The position numbers and the translations under genes are program-made. The notes below the pieces were generated by a model. It ran no database searches and was not told where the DNA came from. It saw nothing but the letters and a program-made list of their open reading frames with translations. From positions 1 to 40,560 of the forward strand of contig JAUCBJ010003643.1 of NCBI GenBank assembly GCA_032718475.1: a stretch of 40,560 nucleotides of DNA. The letters are read 5' to 3'. This document shows positions 1 to 9,575 of this stretch, piece after piece (position 1 is the stretch's first letter; each line of letters starts with the position of its first letter). The DNA comes from Nemertoderma westbladi (lineage: Eukaryota > Animalia > Xenacoelomorpha).

Positions 1-193
1 GTAATTTGTGACAAGTTGTGTGTGTGGTATTTGTGAGTTTATAGGTGAATGTTACTGCTAAGGTGTGTTTACAGTAGCTAGTCGCAATCGTAAAAGTAAC
101 CTAACTCTCCAAGGAAAACCTGAAGTACATCTAAGCCTTTGGGACGGACAGTTGAGTGACTTGTGCCGGTTGTCGTTGTCGTTGTGCGGCTAC

Positions 194-1655
194 GTCGTTG
201 GCGAAAGTACAGAGGCGACGACACATCGGCGCTGAGGATCTCGTACTGTCCGGGGGTTAATTGGAGTAGGCAGCGACGCTCGCTAGCCTGAATATAAACT
301 CCTTATAATGTGGATAAACTCATATATAGCAGACATGATGGAGTTGATAGCAGATGTTCTTGGTATCGGGGAGCGATATACTCTACTTTTGCAAGCGTTT
401 GTTGATTCGCTGCTCGATATACGCAGCGTAATGGTACGTATGTGGTCTTCTTAACTACTGGTCATCCTATCGATTTACACAATACGGACTATGTCGACTA
501 TATATCCTGCCCAGCGGAGTCGGAACCATAAACGGAAATTCGAATGCGAAAATTCTATTCGAAATCGACTCGAAAGAAAAGACACTTAAGAAACAAATGG
601 ACGCGGTAACTCCAACGTATATTTGGAATTCTTGATAGAAGCATTGTAACAACAAATAAATATCACCCGCGTTTACCCTACCAGACGTGCGTCTTTGGTA
701 TTATGACGATAAATGCCCTAGACCCAACTAATAAACGGAAAGACATAAACATCCACGTAAACCGAAACTTGTTGACGTATCACCTATGCTCACTCGGCTC
801 GAACGATCCTGGAGTAAACCTACGATCAGAGTCCCGGAATACTCGGTCAAACCTCCTCATTCCTTAGTTGGACCTCAGACCTGCGATCTTGGTGGTGTCG
901 CGGATCCTCGCGGACGGTATTCACTGTTCAAGATCTAGTGCTACCCTAACAATTAATCGGTAACACTCCGACAGTGATTTCTAGCTAGCCGCCCATCTTA
1001 CCTAGCCGGATTGTGACGCGGACACCTAATATCACTATCCAACCGTATGGTCGTCCACGTTTAACGCGATACAACCCCTCATCAAGGTGAAGGAGAGCGT
1101 TGTACGAAACGAGTTAAACGCTATTTTATAAAGATCAAAAGGGAAACCTGCGTTTGTTCAGATAAACGTAAGTTATAACAGTGAGTCCAATCGATAAACG
1201 AATTGGCCTTATCTCAATTCGATTGGGAAATCCAGAATCTCTAAGAAGTTATCGAACTTGGACGATCCTATTCTCTGCGAGAGTTTTTGGATGAACGTAT
1301 CCAGCTACGAGCGGAGGAAAATCAGCTCGAGGAGAAGCATATCGAAACGGCAGATACCTCGACCACAATCCTACACCTTCTGATGCAATCATATTGCACC
1401 CTTTACCCAGGAGTTATGGCCCTCCTAGTAAAGTGGCTCCCCCCAAAGAGAAAAAGACTCTTGCTAGCCTCAAAAAACTGCGTAAACGCCGTCTGCGTAA
1501 GAAAGACTAACTGTTTAGAGTATCTTTATGTTTTAGAAACTGTGATTTTTATATTTTATAGACTGAAAATCCCATTTTCTGGGAGCGGTGTAAAAGCCTT
1601 TGCTGAATTGCCCCGTTATTTTATTATCTTTTACATTAAAATACTCTGTATTTGA
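194..1655 (+). pseudogene. degenerate ORF upstream of the LTR, possibly env-like or an accessory ORF
   Basis: One frame reads RRWRKYRGDDTSALRISYCPGVNWSRQRRSLA*I*TPYNVDKLIYSRHDGVDSRCSWYRGAIYSTF... with an RQRR/S motif and NxS/T sites. ORF 1287-1655 runs into the LTR. Multiple stops and frameshifts. Confidence 0.25.
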
Positions 1656-2803
1656 TTTAATAAGTGTAAGAGACCGTATTATTGCTGTATCGGTGTTTTT
1701 AGAGGATCTAAGACCTATTTCCTCCGTATGTGTACTGTGAAAGGCATATTTTATGATTCTATGGCAATTCGTGACGCAAAGGGGTGATAGCTACTCTTGA
1801 ACAGTAGTTACTATGACTACGGTTAACAGCTGACATTCATACGTGTTGATTTCCTTTGTTCTACGGCGTCTCTCAGTTCAGTCAGCCAATTAGAGCGTTT
1901 TTGTGGCTCCTTGTACAGAAAATTTCCGAGAAATGACGCAATGCCTATGTGCAGTGTTTACATTCAGTCTTGAGCCAAAGAAAGAACGGTTTGGAAGTAT
2001 TTTGTGCTGTACTGCTTTTTAGTCGTACACTAGTAGGTTTAATTATAAAGGGCATATATCCTTTAACTGTAAATATCTCACTGCTGACATACCGGTACTG
2101 ATGTACCGATCTACCTAACTGTTCAGTTGTTGTTTTATACTGCTATTTACTGTCGGTTCTTCATAATATGGTTGATGAATTATTATATTTGGAATAACGA
2201 TAAATAACCCCGCAACCCAATATTCTTGATATACCGAAGGTAAGAGAGAAAGGTTACCAATAACGATTGTGACTTATGTTAAAGTGGTTTGAAGTGAATC
2301 TAATGTTATTTGATAGACCCTACATGAGTCAGCCTGTGTTCCTTTTATATGTGACTAAAATCAGTGAAGATTGGCAGATTAGTGTGCAGTATTGTGCAGC
2401 ATAGTGTATGAGTGAGTCTGTTAAAGAAGCAATTCCTAAAGAATGCGTCATATATGTGGATTATAATTAAGCCATATCGTTGTGAGTAGTTTAAGTCATA
2501 ACTCTGTTTATATAGATAAAGCGCCACGTCCTAAAGGAACTGTTAATATTACCGAAGGTGAATAATATTGTCAGAGATTATATAATACTGTCAGTCGAAT
2601 AATACATTAGGCTTACATAGCAATAAAAATTAAACCGTCGAACCCAATCTCCCGGGAATATCCAGCGGGTGAATGGTCGCGCACGGATTGGTTTCGACTA
2701 GTGTAGTGAATCAAATACTTGTCATTGACTAAAAGCAGATTTAATATCTAGAAGACATCTTGATTTGGTGGGTTAAACTGCCAAAGGTCTGAAAGCGCGA
2801 ACA
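1589..2803 (+). repeat. LTR copy A1 (~1.2 kb, TGT...ACA)
   Basis: Homology to 3116-4227 begins at TGTAAAAGC and ends at GCGCGAACA; AATAAA near 2622; preceded by a purine tract. Confidence 0.7.
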
Positions 2804-3115
2804 CAGGCTTACACGCCTTCTGCTCAATACTGGCCTACAAATAAATAAAACTGACAGAAATAAGTAAAATCTCAATAAAAAACCAGGGCGGGCCCTCCCT
2901 GATTAATTATTAAGGCCTACTGGTATATAATAATCAAAATCGAATAATACTGCTATACCTGTACTGGAAGTACCGGTTAGGACAGTTGAGCCTACGGGCA
3001 GTACCGGTTCAGGCAGTTGGGCCTACAGACGTACCGCAGTACCGGTTCAGGTTTACCGGTTGACCGGTACTTTCAACTTTATTGCTTACTGCAATAAAGA
3101 AGCTATATCCGTTAT

Positions 3116-4227
3116 TGTTCGCGCTTTCAGACCTTTGGCAGTTTAACCTGCCAAATTAGGATGTCTTCTAGATAATAAATCGCTTTTAGCCTCTGACAAG
3201 TATTTGATTCACTACACTAGTTGAAACCAATCTGTGCGCGATCATTCACCCGCTGGATATACCCGGGAGATTGACTTCGACGGCTTAATCTTATTGCTAT
3301 GTAAGCCTAATGTATTATTCGACTGACAGTATTATATAATCTCTGACAATATTATTCACCTTCGGGGAATATTAACAGTTCCTTTTGGACGTGGCGCTCT
3401 ATCTATATAAACAGAGCTATGACTTAAACTACATGCAACGATATGGCTTAGTTACAATTCACATATATGGCGCATTCTTTAGGAAATGCTTCATTATCAG
3501 TCTCACTCATACACAATGCTGCACAATACTGCACACTGATCTGCCGATCTTCACTGATTTTAGTCACATATAAAAGGAACACAGACCGACTCATGTAGGG
3601 TCTATCAGATAACATTAGATTCACTTCAAACCACTTTAACATAAGTCACAATCGTTATATGTAACCTGTCTCTCTTACCTTCGGTATATCAAGAATATTG
3701 GGTTTTCGGGGTTATTTCTCGTTATTCCAAATATAATATTTCATCAACCATATAATGAATAACCGACAGTAAATAGCAGTATAACGTTATTAAAGTATGC
3801 ACGACAAGACCAGCCAAGCATTGAGTAAGTTGTTAACCATTGAGTTACCCAGATAATGGATATATGTCCTTATAATTAAGCCTACTAGTGTTAGGCTAAA
3901 AGCAGAAAAGCACAAATATTCCAAAAGCCGTTCTTTCTTGGCTCAGGACTGAATGATAACACTGCCCATAAAGCATTGCGTGATTTCTAGGAAATTTCTG
4001 TACAAGAACAGTAAAAATGCTCTGATTGGTTGACTGAACTGAGAGGCACCGTAGAACAAAGAAAATCGACATGTATACAGCTCAGCTGTTAACCGTCGTC
4101 ATAGTAACTACTGTTTCAAGAGGATCTAGATCAATAATACGGCCTCTTACGCCTACTAAACCAACTACAGAGTATTTTACGGGAAAAATAAGGAAAATAA
4201 CTGGGCAATTCCGCAAAAGCTTTTACA
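3116..4227 (-). repeat. LTR copy A2 (solo-like, inverted relative to A1, diverged)
   Basis: Reverse complement aligns with 1589-2803 (e.g. paralogous spurious ORFs 2345-2527(-) and 3385-3573(+)). It lacks ~100 bp present at ~1690-1790 in A1. Flanks GTTAT/CCTAC are not a TSD. Confidence 0.7.
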
Positions 4228-5290
4228 CCTACTTCTAACGGAGTATCTTTAGCAGAGCGATTGGGATGTGGATTTTTGGACTGTGCACTATGGGGATGAT
4301 TGGCCAAACGACGGCGAAGTTGCTGGTCGATCAGCTCAGAATCGATGAGAGGGAGTTGAGCGCCAGTAAACTGATCGCGTTGGAGCAGAATTTCTCAGGC
4401 GGATACGCCGCTCGACCGGATACGCGCATTTAACCGGGCGACGGCGAGGGCGAGAGACACAGCGGAGTAGGGTCCCCCGGAGGGATGGAGTTTAAGGAGT
4501 TCATCTTCTAAATCGCGGACGGCGTGTTCCGCGACCGGATTTTTGTCTTTATTTTTGGCGCGTCCCAACTCAATACGGATATGGTGGGCAGATAAAACTT
4601 TGTCGCCGACTAACGCACGGAATCCGGGTGCGGGATCGGTACGAATGACTGCGTGGGGGCCGCTAAGGGGGCACATACCGACGCACAACGTGAGGAGGCC
4701 ATCCCGCAACGTTGTGTGTTGCTCATCAGAGAGGAACATGGCAGCGGAGTACGACGAGGCGGTTTCGCGGAGGGTGAGGATGTACTGTCGATGGCGACGG
4801 ATGACATCGGCAGCGAATGCGATTCCGATGGCGGCCGGAGGGTCACTGGACGACTGCTCGATGGATCGCCGTGGGGCGGAACGCAGCGCGGCGCATTGGG
4901 CGCACTGCGAGTGGATGGATGTGATGGCTTCTTCCATGTCGAGGGCGTAGAAGTACCGCAGAAACGTAACGCGCAGCTGGGTACGCGACGGGTGCTGCAA
5001 CTTGAGGTGCAGTGACGTAAGGAGACCAGAGAGCGCATGGCGAGGGACAACGATCATTTCCCATGGAGTCGAGAACGCGGTGTGTCGAGGAACAACGAGG
5101 AGTCCGTCCATGGCGACGGACGCGCAGCCGATGTACCGCTTAACGTCGCGGATGGTCGTTTCCTTCTTGGATGGACGCGTGCCCTGTGCGAGGTGCGCCT
5201 TGGCGCGACGGATAGATGCGCATTCCTGCTGGGTGACGAGCCAGGTACTACGGGTGGCGTACAAGGGACGCGCTGGAGGGGGGGGGGTCT
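4228..5290 (-). pseudogene. Gypsy integrase (disrupted by upstream frameshift, internal TGA at 4395-4397 and 3' truncation)
   Basis: HHCC motif HLKLQH...CAQC and D,D,E residues FAADV / RTDPAP / NPVAE. The frame continues after the TGA as EILLQRDQFTGAQLPLIDSELIDQQLRRRLANH...PLEVG up to the LTR A2 junction. Confidence 0.88.
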
Positions 5291-8200
5291 TTGGTGAGAC
5301 CCGCCGTACGGATGATGGGTTCGTCGGCGAGCTGATTAACGAAGTCGCAGACCTGGCACTGTGGATTAACACACTCGGGAATACTGCGACTTTGGAAGTC
5401 GGCTGGTAGGTTGCGCAAACCCTGGATATGGACCACGAGGAGGGAGAACTGGCTCACCGTGGCGAGGAAGGTAGTGAGTCTCGGACTGTTGGAGTAAGCT
5501 CCACGAGTAAGTTTAGCGAACGCCTGGACGCAGGGTTTACTATTGGTGACAACGGACGTGCGGGTAGTAGCGTGAGTGATATAGGGAGCGAAGTGATGAA
5601 CAGCTGCGGCGATGGCGAGTGCTTCCAATTCGCAAGGAAGCCACGTACGTTGATGGGTTCGCAACTTCGAGGAGTAGAACCTGGCAACGAGGAGTTTCGA
5701 CTCGCGGCGGATATATAAGACAGCGCAGAGTCCATCGACGCTGGAGGCGGCGTCGGTGACGATGAACAGCTCGTCGGAGGGCCGTGGGAGAGCCACAGTA
5801 CGGCATGTTTTCAAGGCGGCCTGAGCGCGCCGGAATGCGCAAGTCGAAGGATCCGTCCACTGAACGATATCGGCGGAAGCGCCGACTGCGAGTTCGTCGA
5901 CGTCGGAGAGGAGTGCTGCGCAATGGGGGAGAACGCGCGCGAGGACTTTATACGATCCCAGGAAGGAACGGAGGGACCGGACAGTGTCAGGTTTATCGCA
6001 GGTTGCGAGGGCTGAAACGACATGAGACGACGCGGTCAGGGAGCCAGCAGTCCATTGCCAGCCAAGAATGGTAGTGGAACGCGGGCAAATGACGGTCTTC
6101 TTGGGGGATAAACGTAAGGAAGAGCGTGCGAGGGCTGTGAGTAGCGCGTTAAAATTTGCAGCTAATTTGGATATCGTGTTGCCGCCACAATACAAATCAT
6201 CTGCGAGTTTACTGACGGCGCCCTGCTTGATAAGTTCCCCAAGGACACGGCACATCAGTTCTTCCAAGGCGGTCTCGGATCCGGGCATACCCATGGCGCA
6301 GCGGGTATAGACTCGTACGCCGCGGAACGGTGTAACAACGCCGCAAAACTTCATGGAGTTGCGACTAATGGGGATCTGGTAGAACGCACTCGTTAAATCG
6401 GTTTTGACGAGGAACTTATAGGAGCCGATTTCGCGCAGGGTAGACTCGACACTAGGGAGGAGTGATGGCTGGGGTTTAGCATACCGGGCAATCTCGTTAA
6501 AGGCCATAACGAGACGGGTTCCTCCGTTGCGTTTGGCGACGAGGAAGGAGGGACTGAGGTACTCCACGTGTACCCCTGCGTGTTCGGGTATAGCGAAGAC
6601 ACCGCGTTGTTCAAGTTCGTCGAACCGGTCCTGCAACTCGACGAGGCGGTTGCGGCCGTATTGGGGTACGCGTCCTTTCTGTTGAGGGGGTAGGGTTGGT
6701 GCCATGTTGACAACCGCTTCGTAGGGGCCCGCGGCGCCGTTGTATCCAGGGTACTTGGCTTCGAATACCGTGGAGTGCGTGGCGAGGACGTCGGAAAACT
6801 GGCGGCGTTCAGCGCTGGTGAGGATGTTGTCGGGGTCTAAGCGTACGCTGTCGACGGAACGGGGATTGGGGCGACGGGTAGAGCGCGATGTAGGCAGTGG
6901 GACTGTGTCAACGGCAGCGGTCGGTATTGCCGCCGGTTGGATGGGTGTTGCCAAGCAAACGTGAGAGTTCCGTTTGATCCTGATGGGGATCTGGGTGGCG
7001 TTGCGGATGGCGACGGAACTGTCGCGCACGTCGGCAAGGAATGGTTGGAACCAGGGCTCATTCAGAGACGTAGTTGGATGGTGGGGTGCCAGTAAGAGGG
7101 GCACGGAACTCGCTACCGGTAGAGTGAGATCCGCTTCTGGCCAGACTACGACGGACTGGGTAGATGCGCGTATCAGTGTGGACTCGGGTCTTCGCGGGCG
7201 CATGGAGGTTGAGTGCTGGCCTCCGAAGGGTATTGTGGTGCCGTCCGGCAGGGTAATCGTCATATGGGCGGGACGTAGCGTTATATCATTGCGGTATAGG
7301 AACGGCATTCCACAAATGATGGGACATCCGAGCTCCGGGGCGACGAGACCGTTAAACTCGAAGGGGGTCGAGCCACGGTGGACGACAAAACGCGTTTCGC
7401 CGGTAACCTTCATCTTAGACTGTCCATCGGCCTGTTCGGGAACCTGGCAACTACTCGGGGAGATATGGACGCCCAGCTGGCGGACGAACGCCTCCCGGAT
7501 GAGGTCGGATTCTGCGCCACTGTCGAGTAGCAATCGAAGTGGACGGGACTGATAATCGGCTTCTAAGACGGGAGAACGCATCACAGCGACTCGGCGGGTC
7601 GCTGGTGGTTGGTTGTAACTCATTGGGGAATCATCGGGGGGCTCGAACTCGTCATTTGAACTGGCGGAATCGGCGATATCGACGGCGCGAGTCCGGACGA
7701 GGAACTGTTTATCCTGATCGGGGAGGAACGGGCAGGTACTGAGGAAGTGGTCGAAGTCCTTGCGTTGCGCCTGCTTGCACAGGGGGCAAATCCGGGCAGG
7801 TCGTGTGTGGTGCTGTAAACTACGGCGGTCCAGCTGGCGCACACGGTTCAGGTGGCGCGGGGCGACCTCCGTCGTCTGGGAGCGGAACATGCGCACGTCG
7901 GCTGACATGCGGAGCTCTTCCAAGAGGGACGGCATAGCCTGGCTGATCTCAGCCTTGACGGAAGCCAAGGTGCGGGAACGAAGTTCGCAGCCATATCGTT
8001 GCTTAACCAACGCCGGTAAGTCCTCGTGGATGAGACGTAACCAAGTCAACACGAGGAAGTTCTCCACCGTGGGGGATATCTCCTCGGCGGCGGCGGGGAG
8101 CTCGCCGTGGTGGGTAATGCCCCCGAGGGGTGAGAGGAGGTTGTCATCGAAAAAGGCTGCGAGACGTTGGAAAAGGTCTTCATGGCGTTCCTCGTGTTCG

Positions 8201-8613
8201 AGGTGGATGGTGGAGAGATCTAGGAAGTGGGAGCCTGTCCGTTGAAAACCGTAATGTAATCGGAGGGCTTGCCAGACGTATGAAAGAGATGTAGATTTTA
8301 GTACGATGGTGTTACGCGCGATAACCTGCGCGTAGTTGGCGATTTGGCCCAGCATGAACTCGAGGGAGACGAGTTGTTGCTGCGCGGTACGTCGTTGGGC
8401 GTCCGGAACACCGGCGGCGTCGTCGACGAGACCCCGGGTCGGACTCGCAGGAGAAGCCTTCTCCCATACTGCGCCAGCGGCGGTAAACCGCGCGAACTCT
8501 GGGTCGAGGGACAGACTATAAATCAACGTCTGGCGCCAGGACTCGAATGACGTGATGGATTCCTGCGTAGTGAGTTTAACTAAGCGTGGAGCCTTGAGGT
8601 GTTGATTCGCCAT
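5248..8613 (-). CDS. gag-pol: Gypsy gag-pol polyprotein (gag, aspartic protease, reverse transcriptase, RNase H), frameshifted before integrase
   Basis: Zn knuckle CPLC-x9-H-x4-C; protease LLDSGA; RT DLTSAFYQI, AMGMPGS and KLADDLY; RNase H TDAAS and ELEALA. Confidence 0.92.
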   Translation of the reverse strand: MANQHLKAPRLVKLTTQESITSFESWRQTLIYSLSLDPEFARFTAAGAVWEKASPASPTRGLVDDAAGVPDAQRRTAQQQLVSLEFMLGQIANYAQVIARNTIVLKSTSLSYVWQALRLHYGFQRTGSHFLDLSTIHLEHEERHEDLFQRLAAFFDDNLLSPLGGITHHGELPAAAEEISPTVENFLVLTWLRLIHEDLPALVKQRYGCELRSRTLASVKAEISQAMPSLLEELRMSADVRMFRSQTTEVAPRHLNRVRQLDRRSLQHHTRPARICPLCKQAQRKDFDHFLSTCPFLPDQDKQFLVRTRAVDIADSASSNDEFEPPDDSPMSYNQPPATRRVAVMRSPVLEADYQSRPLRLLLDSGAESDLIREAFVRQLGVHISPSSCQVPEQADGQSKMKVTGETRFVVHRGSTPFEFNGLVAPELGCPIICGMPFLYRNDITLRPAHMTITLPDGTTIPFGGQHSTSMRPRRPESTLIRASTQSVVVWPEADLTLPVASSVPLLLAPHHPTTSLNEPWFQPFLADVRDSSVAIRNATQIPIRIKRNSHVCLATPIQPAAIPTAAVDTVPLPTSRSTRRPNPRSVDSVRLDPDNILTSAERRQFSDVLATHSTVFEAKYPGYNGAAGPYEAVVNMAPTLPPQQKGRVPQYGRNRLVELQDRFDELEQRGVFAIPEHAGVHVEYLSPSFLVAKRNGGTRLVMAFNEIARYAKPQPSLLPSVESTLREIGSYKFLVKTDLTSAFYQIPISRNSMKFCGVVTPFRGVRVYTRCAMGMPGSETALEELMCRVLGELIKQGAVSKLADDLYCGGNTISKLAANFNALLTALARSSLRLSPKKTVICPRSTTILGWQWTAGSLTASSHVVSALATCDKPDTVRSLRSFLGSYKVLARVLPHCAALLSDVDELAVGASADIVQWTDPSTCAFRRAQAALKTCRTVALPRPSDELFIVTDAASSVDGLCAVLYIRRESKLLVARFYSSKLRTHQRTWLPCELEALAIAAAVHHFAPYITHATTRTSVVTNSKPCVQAFAKLTRGAYSNSPRLTTFLATVSQFSLLVVHIQGLRNLPADFQSRSIPECVNPQCQVCDFVNQLADEPIIRTAGLTKDPPPSSASLVRHP

Positions 8614-8834
8614 GGTGAATGGTGGATCGGGTTGGGTACTGCGTGAGTCCGCAGTACCGGTTAGGTAAGTGGTGGCCTAACTGGTGGGTGGATCGCCAGT
8701 AGGTACCGGTAATGGCTGACTGGATAACAGGAAGGCGACAGAGGGAGCTCTGACCCCGGGTCGCCTGGTGAAGAGAACGTGTAGCGACTCTGACTTGCTG
8801 TTGACGGGCTGAGGAGTGAGAATCGAACTCCGAA

Positions 8835-8846
8835 ACGTTGCCACCA
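8835..8846 (-). promoter_or_regulatory. primer-binding site TGGTGGCAACGT (tRNA-Leu-like)
   Basis: Begins with TGG immediately after the LTR terminal CA and resembles the TGGTGGCAGCG PBS class complementary to tRNA-Leu 3' ends. Confidence 0.6.
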
Positions 8847-9173
8847 TGCCAGAGGGTAAAAAGAACAAGTGTCGCGGACACGTGGGTAACTGGTATATTA
8901 ATATATATAAATGGTTATTGATACAGTTACTTAAGTTACATATGATATGGGTAAAGAGGGCTGGAGTAATCATACGATCATACGAAGTACCAGTATCACG
9001 GTAACAGAGCAGGTCTGCTATCCAGCAGTCAGGGTAAGGGTGATACAGCTCCGCAAGTGTGCAGAGCCAGGTAATCAGATAGTCTGATCCCTGCTCACCG
9101 GGGGACCGGTCTTACACCTAGCAGTATGACGTCACCCGGTGTGATCTAACTAGTGACCACACAAGGTCTGTCA
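8847..9173 (-). repeat. 5' LTR of the Gypsy element (327 bp)
   Basis: On the minus strand it starts TGACAGA and ends TCTGGCA (6/7 inverted-terminal match) and is followed by the PBS. No second copy is in the window, so the outer boundary is inferred. Confidence 0.65.
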
Positions 9174-9464
9174 ACCGGCTTGACGGTTGGCTGGCGATTA
9201 TTTAAAAATGGACTGAAAGCGAAATAGTTATAACTAAATAGATTATTTTATATATTTACTTTTTTTAATATATTTTGGAATCAGTAATGTCGGCTTACCA
9301 TCAGAATTGCGTACATAACTTCGTATTTTAAATTATATAAGTACCGGTATAATATATGTATTGTGTTTATATTTTTATTAGGCCTCTACTGATATTTTAA
9401 TAACTTATACTTTATACTTTACAATAAAAATTTTATTACATATGTAAATATTTCCCTTCCACAG

Positions 9465-9575
9465 AAGACTGCCAGGATGGTAAAGCTCACTGCGTCTGTC
9501 CCCAGGACCACTTTGAACCGGGACCTTGTCGTTGTGAGCCCACCCATCAGTTCACACAGGATCGATCCTGTAGAG
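9465..9575 (+). CDS. exon 1 (EGF-like) EDCQDGKAHCVCPQDHFEPGPCRCEPTHQFTQDRSCR
   Basis: ttccacag acceptor, G|gtaaaa donor, 111 bp, phase 1-1, 6 Cys. Confidence 0.85.

Larger units (their letters stand above)
1..2803 (+). mobile_element. 3' part of an LTR retroelement (degenerate internal region, PPT-like tract and 3' LTR); 5' part outside window
   Basis: Purine-rich GGGAGCGG (1581-1588) sits directly before a TGTAAAAG...GCGCGAACA segment that recurs elsewhere with the same boundaries. The upstream region has stop-interrupted, protein-like frames. Confidence 0.55.
4228..9173 (-). mobile_element. Ty3/Gypsy LTR retrotransposon, 3'-truncated (5' LTR, PBS, gag-PR-RT-RH-IN; no 3' LTR)
   Basis: Domain order PR-RT-RH-IN; GC-rich relative to flanks; LTR and PBS identified; integrase C-terminal region cut by LTR A2 at 4227/4228. 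Confidence 0.92.

Noticed and set aside
2345-3642. Paralogous ~60-aa ORFs MALYLYKQSYDLNY on opposite strands
   Set aside because: They lie within the two LTR copies, begin at non-ATG codons and have no recognisable domain; the similarity reflects the repeat.
3116-4227. LTR A2 as the 3' LTR of the Gypsy element
   Set aside because: No similarity to the 327-bp 5' LTR at 8847-9173, and it interrupts the integrase frame.
4543-8550. Many short plus-strand and alternate-frame ORFs over the Gypsy element
   Set aside because: Shadow ORFs of GC-rich gag-pol coding sequence with no motifs.
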